This document shows positions 27,173 through 36,151 of a stretch of DNA of 44,517 nt, one piece after another (position 1 is the stretch's first letter; each line of letters starts with the position of its first letter). The position numbers were made by a program, and so were the translations under genes. Origin of the DNA: Escherichia phage vB_EcoM_SHAK7858; sequence record OR594183. One strand, written 5' to 3'. Under the pieces are notes generated by a model that was not told where the DNA came from, made no database searches, and worked only from the letters and a program-made list of their open reading frames with translations.

Positions 27173-29342
27173 AGCGCTTCATCTCCGCACCTTCCGCCAC
27201 AAGAGGGAACCCCTCCGCCCATTCCGGTAATTCACACATCAACCGCTCAAGCTCTGCAACATTGTATTCCGGTAAATCAGGTGTCTCGCAGATAATCTCA
27301 TCGTGTACATGAAGCACAATATGGTAGCCGTTTGCCTCTACGTTCAGCAGGGCGTTAGCCAGCAAATCACGGCACAGCGCCTGAGTACAGTTTTCCACCA
27401 GTTTACCAGAGTAGGTGTACTGGAAACCCCACTGCCTGGTTAACTGATTTTCACCCTGATACTTGATGCGCACGTTAGTAGAAACTTTTCCGTCTTCGTC
27501 TGTCTCTTTCGACACGCTCAACCCGACGCCCGGGTATGACATAACGCGACCTGACGGCAACGTCATGCGCAACCACCAACCAGCGACTTTGTTGCCGTTG
27601 TTGTCTGTTTCTACGTTGCGAGAAAACTTAACCCCGCGAGGGCCAGCGGTGAACTCTTTCCCCGGATTACGGATTGCTGCCATAGCTGCGTCTTCAATAT
27701 CACGCCAGAAAGCTACTGTTTCCGGGTGGGACTCCCGCCACATACGCTTAATTGCGTCGCATGTACGCCAGACTTTCTTATCAAGAATATATGATGGTCG
27801 GTCATCCTTTTCACCCGGACGCGGTGGTCGCTTGGCTTCCTGAATACGCGCCCACTCGTACCCGCGCGCGGTAGCGGCCCAGATGTGGTCAGGGAAAGTA
27901 CCGTCCATTGTTTTAGCCATATCAACCAGGTCAAGGCCGAGGTTTTTAGCGAACTGAACGAAAGCACCGACACCGCCCGCGTATCCGAGGCCCAATTCGC
28001 AGGCTTTACCAATCTGGCGTAAGTCTTTACGTTCTTTCTTAATGTAATCCGGCTCCATGCCGAACATCTTACCTGCTGTTACGCAGTAAATATCCAGTCC
28101 GGCGCGGAACGTATCTAGCGCGGTTTCTTCGCCCGCCAGCCACGCAAGACCGCGGCCTTCGACGTTAGAGTAATCGGCGATGACAAACTTATGTCCGGCT
28201 TCCGGGATAATGCAGCTACGAACGGTCGACGCCGTCAGCTTGGCTACGTCAAATCGGCGGTGCGCCCGGCCCTTAAGTAACGCTGAAATGCCTTTATCCA
28301 GTTCATCATCGTGATAGTACCCACGCGCCAGGTTCTGTGGCTGGAAGCCTTTACCCGCGAACCGTAACGTACGCTTTGCCCCACCGTACTGGATACAACC
28401 GCGGCGTCGGTCGTCCGACGAGCGGCCTAACAGCAGCGGGTTATATTTCGTGGACGCTGTTGACGCGGCCCCGAGGCGCATTTCGATAATCATCCGGGCG
28501 TCGTCCGGTAAATCATCATCTGCCAACAGGTCGTTAAGCGTCGACTTCTGTGCATTGTGTATGCGGTGCGCGGGCGCAAGTTCACGCAGAATCGGAAGGA
28601 AGTCTTTACCGGTAAGCGAGCCGCCGTATTTACGTTGAGCTTCTTCCTGTAACTGTGCCTTGTGCTTCTCTACGGCTTCAATCGCGGCTTCCGCCAGTGC
28701 GACGTCAACCTTAAATCCGCGGTCGTTGATTAACTGGTCAAGTTCCAGTACACGGTCTTCGAACTCGGAGTTACCCCAACGCGGCAGCTTATGGAAGACT
28801 TCACGCATCGCAGTGATGTCGCTCACGGCGTACCTGATGAACATCGCCCACTCGTCAGGGTGAGTTTCTGCGGTGTAGCGGCGGATTTTGTAGTTCTTCG
28901 GCGTCGGTTTAGAGAAACGCTTAATCAGAGCCTTGCCGCGTTTATCTTTCGCGTTGTCTGCAGACACGCCCAGCACTTCGCACAGCGCATCAAGAGAACC
29001 CGGCAGCGCGTGACGGAACGCCCAAATCATAGTATCAATGGTGTTACTTACCGGAATATCAAAGTCCCAGCAGTGTTTCATGATTAGGCGATCGAAAAGT
29101 CCACCGTTGTGCCACACCATCTTGATGCGGCTGTTGGGCTTAACAAGGCGGCGCAGTGCGCGGTGTAAATCCCCCGGCATGTCGCTGCCGTCGGTGCAAT
29201 CCCATACCCGCACAGGTTCGTCGTCAAAAGCATATGTACAGATAAGCACTTCGGTTGACGGGTGTTCGGCGTAAGCGTAAGAACCGACTTTCTTCAAATC
29301 GGCTTCTGAGAATGTTTCAAAGTCTAAGAACAGGTAACTCAT
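27162..29342 (-). CDS. Family A DNA polymerase with N-terminal 3'-5' exonuclease domain
   Basis: Exo I FLDFETFS; polymerase motif A DYSNVEGR, motif B K..ELGLGYAGG, motif C HVHDEI. Confidence 0.9.
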   Translation of the reverse strand: MSYLFLDFETFSEADLKKVGSYAYAEHPSTEVLICTYAFDDEPVRVWDCTDGSDMPGDLHRALRRLVKPNSRIKMVWHNGGLFDRLIMKHCWDFDIPVSNTIDTMIWAFRHALPGSLDALCEVLGVSADNAKDKRGKALIKRFSKPTPKNYKIRRYTAETHPDEWAMFIRYAVSDITAMREVFHKLPRWGNSEFEDRVLELDQLINDRGFKVDVALAEAAIEAVEKHKAQLQEEAQRKYGGSLTGKDFLPILRELAPAHRIHNAQKSTLNDLLADDDLPDDARMIIEMRLGAASTASTKYNPLLLGRSSDDRRRGCIQYGGAKRTLRFAGKGFQPQNLARGYYHDDELDKGISALLKGRAHRRFDVAKLTASTVRSCIIPEAGHKFVIADYSNVEGRGLAWLAGEETALDTFRAGLDIYCVTAGKMFGMEPDYIKKERKDLRQIGKACELGLGYAGGVGAFVQFAKNLGLDLVDMAKTMDGTFPDHIWAATARGYEWARIQEAKRPPRPGEKDDRPSYILDKKVWRTCDAIKRMWRESHPETVAFWRDIEDAAMAAIRNPGKEFTAGPRGVKFSRNVETDNNGNKVAGWWLRMTLPSGRVMSYPGVGLSVSKETDEDGKVSTNVRIKYQGENQLTRQWGFQYTYSGKLVENCTQALCRDLLANALLNVEANGYHIVLHVHDEIICETPDLPEYNVAELERLMCELPEWAEGFPLVAEGAEMKRYAK

Positions 29343-29357
29343 TATTTTTGACCCCTA

Positions 29358-29388
29358 GTAAAAAGGCCCAATGAAGGGCCTTAGTTAA
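29358..29388 (-). terminator. Hairpin plus T-run on the minus strand between the SSB-like and polymerase genes
   Basis: aggccc-aatgaa-gggcct with A-run upstream on the + strand. Confidence 0.45.
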
Positions 29389-29401
29389 ATTGATTCAGAT
29401 A

Positions 29402-30028
29402 TTAGCGGCGGCGACGTTCGCGGCGCGGTGCTTCGTCTTCTTCGTCGTCTTCCAGGTCATTGACGCTCGCAGCGACTTTAGAACCGCCGAACGCTTTGCC
29501 TTCGCCAACGTATTTAATCGCCAGCAGGTTAACGCCGAGGACTTTGTATTTCTGGCTGAACCAGATTTCAACGCTTACGTTAGCTAAGCATCCGCTGTAA
29601 ACCTGTTCACCTTCAATCTGTTCACCGTCTACATTGAAGTCCTGTTCTACCTGAGTCTCACCTTTTTTAGAGGTTACAATCAGCGGCTGCTTCTGTGCCT
29701 TCGCTTTGAAGTAGAAGCCTTCCGGGAAGTCTTCAAACGGATTGTCACGCTCGGCAATGTCTTTAATCGCACATTTATCCATGTGCTTACCTTCGCCGTA
29801 GTTGGACTTCATCCACTTCTCGGCGGCGGCTGCACCTAACGCTTCTTCAACTACAGCGTAAACGGTGTCGTAGAGCGCGTCGATTTGCGCGTGGTCGGAC
29901 GGCAGGATAATAGTCGCGCTGTACTGACCTTTAGTGATTGAACCATCATCATTTTCACGGTCTTTTTCGCGTTCGAATACGTTAACCCATGCAGTGTTTA
30001 CTTTACGCAGATTCAGTTTAATGCCCAT
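29402..30028 (-). CDS. SSB-like protein (DUF2815-like) with acidic C-terminal tail
   Basis: C-terminal DLEDDEEDE tail, position beside the polymerase and Cas4-like nuclease. Confidence 0.5.
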   Translation of the reverse strand: MGIKLNLRKVNTAWVNVFEREKDRENDDGSITKGQYSATIILPSDHAQIDALYDTVYAVVEEALGAAAAEKWMKSNYGEGKHMDKCAIKDIAERDNPFEDFPEGFYFKAKAQKQPLIVTSKKGETQVEQDFNVDGEQIEGEQVYSGCLANVSVEIWFSQKYKVLGVNLLAIKYVGEGKAFGGSKVAASVNDLEDDEEDEAPRRERRRR

Positions 30029-30082
30029 CGTGATTTCTCGCTTTTAAGTTTACTCCGGGAAGCTGCCCGGCCAGTGATTAGA

Positions 30083-30111
30083 ACTATAATAGCTAACTAT
30101 TCATGTGTCAA
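30083..30111 (-). promoter_or_regulatory. Sigma70-like promoter (TTGACA-N17-TATAGT) with embedded palindrome ATAATAG-N4-CTATTCA
   Basis: Read on the minus strand, upstream of the SSB-like gene; palindrome at 30086-30103. Confidence 0.45.
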
Positions 30112-30330
30112 ATAAAATTTTGCAATAGGGATTATGTTCTCGAAATTAAGCATATCGGCCGGTTCGAACTCATCTTCTACAGGGTCGTATCGCATCATGG
30201 TACCGTTCAAGAACGTGAACGATTCCGAGTGTAGATACCCATCCCAGCGCCATACCATCAAAAAATCTTTATCAGTCGGCATTTCATTTACTTGAATAAT
30301 TCTAAATCCTCCTCTGTAACCTGATTCCAC
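30097..30330 (-). CDS. Hypothetical protein (77 aa)
   Basis: ORF overlapping the Cas4-like nuclease gene end. Confidence 0.4.
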   Translation of the reverse strand: MESGYRGGFRIIQVNEMPTDKDFLMVWRWDGYLHSESFTFLNGTMMRYDPVEDEFEPADMLNFENIIPIAKFYLTHE

Positions 30331-31538
30331 TCAGGACGTTTGTCATCTGCCGTTGCGACACATGGTGCGCCTGGCTTACGTGTAATGAAGTCTTTCAGTC
30401 CATCTTCAGGCACAACTTTAACCGCTTCGGTTGGCGTCATGAGCACTTGCTTCATTAGCGCTATGCCATACTTGCCAGCCACTTTCTCCGCGTCTTTCCA
30501 CACGCGATTACCCTGACGACCTTCAACCAGCTTGTACCCAGGCACTTTCTTACCGGAATGCAAAGCGGCAGCCATAGCTTTCTCAACCTTATCGATGTGC
30601 TGGCGCAGCAACGGCAACTTCTCATACTCAGCTACGAGTTGTTCAGGCGTCAGTTCCAGCGCAAAGTCGTCCTCCAGTTCTTCCGCCAGTACAGAATTAA
30701 CCGTCTTTGTACGCGCGGCGCACTGTTCAGAGAACCGACACCACTGACAACCATCGACCGACGGCTTGAAGTCCGACGCTTTCAGGTTCTTCTTGCCACG
30801 GGAATAGGCATCTAACGCTAACAGCGCACGTTTCTGCGCGAACTTAGCGAACAGTTCCAGACCTTCAACCGAGATGTCCCACTCCGACGCGCCCCCGGCG
30901 TACGGCTGGAAGATGACCAGGCGCACTACTGAGATGTTATAGCGTCTCTTGAGTCGACGATAAACACCGAGAGCGTAAAGCATAAGCTGCTTGTTTTCTT
31001 TCGCTTCGACGCGATGCCGCCCTGTTTTCAGGTCGCCGATAATGAGCATGTGCTCGTCGGTGTTTGCCAGTTCCTGGACAGCAACGAGGTCAGCGGTTCC
31101 GAACGTCTCAACGCCTTCATACCCCGGATGCAATACCTCAGTAAGATTGACCCGCATTTCCAGCTTAGCGTAAGCCGCTACGTCGATAATCGCTTTGCAG
31201 TAGTCGGTGTACTTGCGCACCTGCTCAATCATGTCCGCCGTAATCAGTACAGCACCTTTCATCGGGCTGATTAGCGCCTTAATCTGGCCTTTACCCTCGT
31301 CCAGCACGTAAGCGCCAACTTCACGCTCTAACGGCAGTGCAGTTCCGCGGATATAGGCGTTGAGATGGACCTCCGCTATGGTGTGGCACGCTGTACCTGT
31401 AACGGCGGCTTTACCTGACGTGTTGGGAATATCTTTCTCACAGGCCAGCGATGCGGCGCAGCTTAGCCACTTTTTAGCCCCTGACGGCGACAGCAGGGCG
31501 TGCACATCGTTATTGCCGCCGCGTTCTTTTAAAATCAT
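30288..31538 (-). CDS. PD-(D/E)XK nuclease with Cys cluster (Cas4-like / DUF2800-like)
   Basis: GTADLV...IIGDLKTG nuclease core plus CQWCRFSEQC cluster. Start taken at the ATG with SD gggagg; ORF track extends to 31553. Confidence 0.7.
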   Translation of the reverse strand: MILKERGGNNDVHALLSPSGAKKWLSCAASLACEKDIPNTSGKAAVTGTACHTIAEVHLNAYIRGTALPLEREVGAYVLDEGKGQIKALISPMKGAVLITADMIEQVRKYTDYCKAIIDVAAYAKLEMRVNLTEVLHPGYEGVETFGTADLVAVQELANTDEHMLIIGDLKTGRHRVEAKENKQLMLYALGVYRRLKRRYNISVVRLVIFQPYAGGASEWDISVEGLELFAKFAQKRALLALDAYSRGKKNLKASDFKPSVDGCQWCRFSEQCAARTKTVNSVLAEELEDDFALELTPEQLVAEYEKLPLLRQHIDKVEKAMAAALHSGKKVPGYKLVEGRQGNRVWKDAEKVAGKYGIALMKQVLMTPTEAVKVVPEDGLKDFITRKPGAPCVATADDKRPEWNQVTEEDLELFK

Positions 31539-31807
31539 ACCCTGACCTCCCACTGGTCAATTAAATGTCGTGTCTTGTGGTCACAATGCATCGCCCAGCT
31601 ATACATCGACTCGAAGACATAAAAGTCAGGCTTGGCGAAAGTTGTGCGCTTAATCTGTGACACGTGACGGCCTATGTCTTTAGGCCGTGGTACTTTTCCT
31701 AAGTACGCCATCTCTTCCATCTGGTGCGCACCGGACGGAGCACGCAATAGCCATAGCGCCTCTGTGTTATCACGCCTGTCGACGGCTCGGTAGAGTTGGT
31801 AAATCAT
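31535..31807 (-). CDS. Hypothetical protein (90 aa)
   Basis: ORF translationally coupled (ATGA) to the nuclease gene. Confidence 0.45.
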   Translation of the reverse strand: MIYQLYRAVDRRDNTEALWLLRAPSGAHQMEEMAYLGKVPRPKDIGRHVSQIKRTTFAKPDFYVFESMYSWAMHCDHKTRHLIDQWEVRV

Positions 31808-31850
31808 AATTCCGACCCTCAGTTAAAGCGGCCCGAAGGCCGCGAGATAG

Positions 31851-32369
31851 TTATTCTTCTTCGAAATACTTGTTCTTGATTGCTGTCAGGCGTTCCAGGT
31901 ACTCAACCAGGTCTTCGTCTTTAATCGCGGCAATCTTCATCTTCTTACCTGTGAACTCTTCCAGCAGTTCATCAGAATCATCGCACGCGGCATCGCTAGG
32001 ACCTTCATTAATTGCATCGTCGATGGCCTGAATCTGGTCACGCAGAGACTTGTAATCGACTTCTTCTTTCTCTTCTTCCGGTTCTGGCGCAGGTTCCTCT
32101 ACTTTAGCTTTACGCGGCTTGCGTTTTGGCTTCTCTTCCTCCGCCGGTTTAGTGTCAACTACGTCTTCACCCTCGACCGGGATTTCTTTTGTTTCTTCTT
32201 TTACAACAGTAGGCGTGATTGTTGCAGTTTCTGCGACACCACTGTCGACGTCTTTACCATATGGCGCCGTGATAGCCTTCGGCAGTTCAGTACGGCGTGC
32301 ACTGTTCGCAGCAATCAGTTCATGCGCAACTACGAAACGTTCCAGTAATACTAAGAATTTCTCTAACAT
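31851..32369 (-). CDS. Hypothetical acidic protein (172 aa) with a basic KPKRKPRKAK patch
   Basis: Glu/Asp-rich ORF, second gene of the leftward operon. Confidence 0.5.
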   Translation of the reverse strand: MLEKFLVLLERFVVAHELIAANSARRTELPKAITAPYGKDVDSGVAETATITPTVVKEETKEIPVEGEDVVDTKPAEEEKPKRKPRKAKVEEPAPEPEEEKEEVDYKSLRDQIQAIDDAINEGPSDAACDDSDELLEEFTGKKMKIAAIKDEDLVEYLERLTAIKNKYFEEE

Positions 32370-32393
32370 TATTTATTCTCCTGTTTATTTGGG

Positions 32394-32621
32394 TTACTCG
32401 CCGTCGCCTTCTGTAAGGCTATCGTCTATTAATTCAAATTTACCGTTTGGGTGTTGAATAGCTTCTTGCCCGCAATGGTCGCAGACAACAAGTTTATCGA
32501 ACCCATCAAACTCGTCCCCGACTACGCAAGAAAGTACAAATTTATGTTTTGTGCACACTTCCTGCGATTCTCCGAAAATTGCTAGAAAACCTTTAGCTAT
32601 GGCTCCCGTTATTGTGTTCAT
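32394..32621 (-). CDS. Small zinc-ribbon-like protein (75 aa)
   Basis: Cys pairs CTKHK...C and CDHCG; first gene after the promoter at 32650-32678. Confidence 0.45.
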   Translation of the reverse strand: MNTITGAIAKGFLAIFGESQEVCTKHKFVLSCVVGDEFDGFDKLVVCDHCGQEAIQHPNGKFELIDDSLTEGDGE

Positions 32622-32649
32622 ATCCGCCCCTCTCGTTTGGTATGGGCTA

Positions 32650-32678
32650 ACTATAATAGCGAACTATTCACATGTCAA
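32650..32678 (-). promoter_or_regulatory. Leftward promoter (TTGACA-N17-TATAGT) with embedded palindrome ATAATAG-N4-CTATTCA
   Basis: Read on the minus strand; palindrome at 32653-32670; part of the divergent control region next to the HTH gene. Confidence 0.5.
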
Positions 32679-32696
32679 TGGGCTTTTCTAAAATAA

Positions 32697-32714
32697 TTAA
32701 TATGGTACTATTCA
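32697..32714 (+). promoter_or_regulatory. Second, degenerate palindrome copy (TTAATAT-N4-CTATTCA) overlapping a TACTAT -10 for the HTH gene
   Basis: Lies about 40 bp from the first site and about 30 bp upstream of the HTH start codon; SD aaggag follows. Confidence 0.4.
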
Positions 32715-32742
32715 CATATCAACTGACTAAGGAGTAATTGAC

Positions 32743-32958
32743 ATGCAACCATCTGAACTAGGTATCCGTGTAGAACAACGCCGTAAAGAACTCGGCATCT
32801 CCCAGCGCCGTTTGGCGGCCCTGACCGGCGTTTCCCAGGGCGCGATTAACCAACTGGCACTTGGAGTAACTCAGGACGTCCGCCCGGCAACGCTGTTCAA
32901 ACTGGCGGAAGTTCTGGAAGTAGACGCCAAGTGGCTGGCGTTAGGTGAAGGGGCTTAA
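32743..32958 (+). CDS. Cro/CI-type (XRE-family) helix-turn-helix DNA-binding protein
   Basis: Classic HTH LGISQRRLAALTGVSQGAINQL; strong SD; terminator downstream. Confidence 0.85.
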   Translation: MQPSELGIRVEQRRKELGISQRRLAALTGVSQGAINQLALGVTQDVRPATLFKLAEVLEVDAKWLALGEGA

Positions 32959-32975
32959 AGCCCCTTTCTTTTTAT
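32949..32975. terminator. Rho-independent terminator after the HTH gene
   Basis: aggggc-ttaa-gcccct followed by ttctttttat. Confidence 0.6.
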
Positions 32976-33286
32976 AGCAACTTATCGAGTTCTTCCAAAT
33001 TCTTAATAGTGTGTTGCACGTTCAGGTACTGAATCCAGGCGAGAAACCACGCACTTACAGGAAAACTTATAACAATAGTTATCGATATAATTAATTTGAA
33101 AAGGCACTTTATAATCTCTGCCAGCGTCATGTCTAAAATGTCTTTAAACTCCGCAAAAATCCCCGCTGCATACACACAAAAAGTCCACCAGTTGTTGCTT
33201 ACAGCGGAAACACATGTCAGGTATGACGGGCGGTATCCTGCCTTCACTGCTTTAAACGGGTTATCTATAAAATCGTAAATATTCAT
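32972..33286 (-). CDS. Hypothetical membrane protein (104 aa), AT-rich
   Basis: Hydrophobic helices; noticeably lower GC than flanking genes. Confidence 0.45.
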   Translation of the reverse strand: MNIYDFIDNPFKAVKAGYRPSYLTCVSAVSNNWWTFCVYAAGIFAEFKDILDMTLAEIIKCLFKLIISITIVISFPVSAWFLAWIQYLNVQHTIKNLEELDKLL

Positions 33287-35535
33287 TCCAAATCCTCCTC
33301 GGTCACTGTCAGCATTTCATTCGGTTCGTATATTGTCTTCGGAATCTTGTTATCTGTTATCATGGTGTTCAGTCTGTAACGGCCTGGGATTATCTGATTG
33401 TTTTCGTCAGTACCCGGAACAAGATACCCAGCCTCAACCATTTTCTTAATCTTCCCGCGTTCTATGGCTTCTTTGGAGTTAAACGCCTTTGCGTTGGGGT
33501 CAGACTGCGCGAGCTTATTCGCTGCGGATACCGTGATGCCCTCGTTGCCGTTGTAGGTCCCCTCCGCCAGTTCAAACGCCGCGAGTATCGTGGCCTCGGA
33601 ACTGTTGACGGCGTTCTCTATGGTTTTACGTACATTTTGTTTACCTTCGTTAGTTAACCCTTCTTCCCTCTCTTTCTCCTCGTCGGTCTTGAATGGCTCG
33701 AAGCCCCACGGCATCAATACAAGCGCCTTGTGCGGCTCAGGCAGGTCGAGGTTTACTATTGTGCCGTATTCCTCTGTGCTACCGAGGAACTCAACCGCGC
33801 GGTACTCTTTCGGCGGCGGTGCTTCACGGAACTGTACAGACTCCAGTACCATGCCAACCGTCTTCTGTTGCGGACCGTGCTTAAATTTAGAGTGGTATAC
33901 GTTTATCTGACGGTCGGTAGCGCGTTCGATTGTCAGTTCCACGTCGACACCCGCATACAATGCTCCACTGCCGCGGGCTTTCTTTCCGCCCTTCGGAGTA
34001 TGGTGAACGACACCGACAGCGGCTTTAGTTGCATCGCGCACTTCTTTCAGGATGGCGATAACTTTACCCATACCGATTGCCGTTGATGAACTGTTCTCGT
34101 CGAACTTATCAATCGTCAGGGCCAGCGTCTGGTTAAGGGTGTCGAAGGCAACCATGCCAATAGGTTCATCCCCTGCGGTTTCGCGCATCCTGCGGATTAG
34201 AGCTGGAATTTTTTTATCACCATGCGTAGCGAGTATTTCGCCCATATCGATGACATGTACATAATCTTTACCTTCCTCGCCATATTTAGCCGCGAGTGCA
34301 TCAATACGTGTTCGTGTAGCTGCACCACCCTCGCCGTCAATATAGAAATGGTGGCAACGTTGGGTGTCAGCCCCCGCAAACCGGTACCCGGCGGCGCTCA
34401 GGTACATCATCCCCAGCGTATAGAATGATTTGTACGTGCCGGATTCCCCGACAATATCCCAGATACAATCCGACGGCATGTACCCCTCAACGACGAAATC
34501 AGCCTTTACCGGTTCTGGTAACTCGTCCTCTTCTTCAAGGTCTTCCAGCGTGCAAGTTACAGGCTCCTCGTTCTCTGTGCGGTGCAGTTCTTCAATCTCT
34601 TCATCCGGTAAATCAGGCAGAGCCGCACGAATGCTGTTAATACTGATAGGTTGCTTGTCTACGTTAAGCTCGTCCGGCAGGCCGCACATACGCAGGGCCA
34701 AATGCTGTCGGCGGTTAAGCTCGGTGCAAGCGCCGTTGTTTGTATGCTGGCACACAAAGCGCACTTCTTTACCATCAAGCATGATGCTTGTGGAGCCTTT
34801 GCCTGTATGCAGATGTTCGTTAGGGCATGGGACTTCGTACCCGCGCCCGGAAGATAAAGCGTCAAGGCCAAGCTCGGCTTCGCAGAAATGCGCTATATCA
34901 GCATTAAGCCCATACTCATCGGCGGCAAGTGTCTTAACTTCACGTTTACTCAACCCCATCTCTTCGGCTTTCTTGATGTACCGCTCGGCACGGATAACAC
35001 GCCCTTCTGTAACCGTTATCTTTGACTCTCTATGTGGCAGATAGATAAGGCGGTTGCCGTCTTCCGTGCAGTGGTCACGCAAGGCTTCATCTATTTCTAA
35101 CTCTGCACAAATAGCCCGTTGGACCATCCACGCGTCGTTAGAGTTAAACGGCGTGCGAGCCGGAACCAGAACGCGGAAGGCGTAATCACCGTTTTTACAC
35201 ACATGCTGATGCGATGCCGTTGTATGCAGAATATTGAAGAACGGTGCGTTCTTGAATTTGCGGGTAAGGTCGCGGTACTGAGTACGGTTGAGATGGTCAA
35301 AATCGAACTTAACCACACTGTCTTCCAGGATAGCGTTTTTACGGCGACCCCCAACAGGCGCAATAGCTTTCTGCTTAATCTTGGCAGCGTCGTACTCTTC
35401 CTTAGACCACGACGGATCCACGGATAAACGCTTCGATGTATCGCAGACATACTCCACAAACTGCTCGAGCGGCATCTCACGCGCTACAGGGTTTTTATCG
35501 AATGTGTTGCGCAGCGTTGCAAAAACAATATTCAT
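33283..35535 (-). CDS. DNA primase / RecA-like replicative ATPase fusion
   Basis: N-terminal primase-like region with a Cys/His zinc-binding segment; C-terminal Walker A GESGTYKS, Walker B MVAFDTL and VVHHTPKGG. Confidence 0.75.
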   Translation of the reverse strand: MNIVFATLRNTFDKNPVAREMPLEQFVEYVCDTSKRLSVDPSWSKEEYDAAKIKQKAIAPVGGRRKNAILEDSVVKFDFDHLNRTQYRDLTRKFKNAPFFNILHTTASHQHVCKNGDYAFRVLVPARTPFNSNDAWMVQRAICAELEIDEALRDHCTEDGNRLIYLPHRESKITVTEGRVIRAERYIKKAEEMGLSKREVKTLAADEYGLNADIAHFCEAELGLDALSSGRGYEVPCPNEHLHTGKGSTSIMLDGKEVRFVCQHTNNGACTELNRRQHLALRMCGLPDELNVDKQPISINSIRAALPDLPDEEIEELHRTENEEPVTCTLEDLEEEDELPEPVKADFVVEGYMPSDCIWDIVGESGTYKSFYTLGMMYLSAAGYRFAGADTQRCHHFYIDGEGGAATRTRIDALAAKYGEEGKDYVHVIDMGEILATHGDKKIPALIRRMRETAGDEPIGMVAFDTLNQTLALTIDKFDENSSSTAIGMGKVIAILKEVRDATKAAVGVVHHTPKGGKKARGSGALYAGVDVELTIERATDRQINVYHSKFKHGPQQKTVGMVLESVQFREAPPPKEYRAVEFLGSTEEYGTIVNLDLPEPHKALVLMPWGFEPFKTDEEKEREEGLTNEGKQNVRKTIENAVNSSEATILAAFELAEGTYNGNEGITVSAANKLAQSDPNAKAFNSKEAIERGKIKKMVEAGYLVPGTDENNQIIPGRYRLNTMITDNKIPKTIYEPNEMLTVTEEDLE

Positions 35536-35660
35536 TTCTTTTTCTCCGCACGTTCTAAGGCTTCCTGCATACGGCGCATTGCGCGGTTCATCTTTACCGG
35601 TGCGAAGAAGTCAGCGCCGTGTTTCTGGCGGCGTAGCTGTGGAACTATTAACTTTGTCAT
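35532..35660 (-). CDS. Hypothetical small basic protein (42 aa)
   Basis: Uninterrupted frame with SD aagga and stop/start overlap with the primase gene. Confidence 0.3.
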   Translation of the reverse strand: MTKLIVPQLRRQKHGADFFAPVKMNRAMRRMQEALERAEKKK

Positions 35661-35728
35661 TGTATAATCCTTATGCTTACTTTGATGATTTGTACTTTAG
35701 CCCCGACGTTCTGGCGTTGGGGTTTCTT

Positions 35729-35941
35729 TTACTTAACGCCCGCAATCCACGCACGCTCCGAAGCGTAGAAACGACACTTACTTAAAGCCTCGATTGGCAT
35801 CTTAATAATGCGTGTCGGTTCCAACAAATGATTAGGCTTACATATTTCCGCATAGAATCCGCTGTCAGTAATTTCCGACGCAAACTTAAACCAGTATTTA
35901 ACTTTACAGTTTTCAAAGTAACAACCCATACGCCCAATCAT
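35729..35941 (-). CDS. Hypothetical protein (70 aa)
   Basis: ORF translationally coupled to the upstream HTH gene. Confidence 0.4.
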   Translation of the reverse strand: MIGRMGCYFENCKVKYWFKFASEITDSGFYAEICKPNHLLEPTRIIKMPIEALSKCRFYASERAWIAGVK

Positions 35942-36120
35942 TTCACGTTCTCCTTAATCCATGCTTCAACTTTATTACGGTCAAATGTTCCTGGTAAACG
36001 GCGACCCATAACCTTAATACAGCAATCAGGGAATTTACCGCTGCGCAACCAGTTATTAATTGTTTGACGTGTCACCCCGATACGTTCAGCCACTTCATTC
36101 TGTGTCATGTAATGCTGCAT
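35938..36120 (-). CDS. Small HTH DNA-binding protein (AlpA/excisionase-like fold)
   Basis: MTQNEVAERIGVTRQTINNWLRSGKFP; start taken at the ATG with SD aggagat. Confidence 0.55.
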   Translation of the reverse strand: MQHYMTQNEVAERIGVTRQTINNWLRSGKFPDCCIKVMGRRLPGTFDRNKVEAWIKENVK

Positions 36121-36151
36121 TTTTATATCTCCTGTTTGTTTGGTGAAAACG

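Noticed and set aside
34430-35044. 204-aa + strand ORF rich in Ser/Arg/Cys
   Set aside because: Lies entirely antisense within the primase/ATPase gene; composition typical of a spurious frame.
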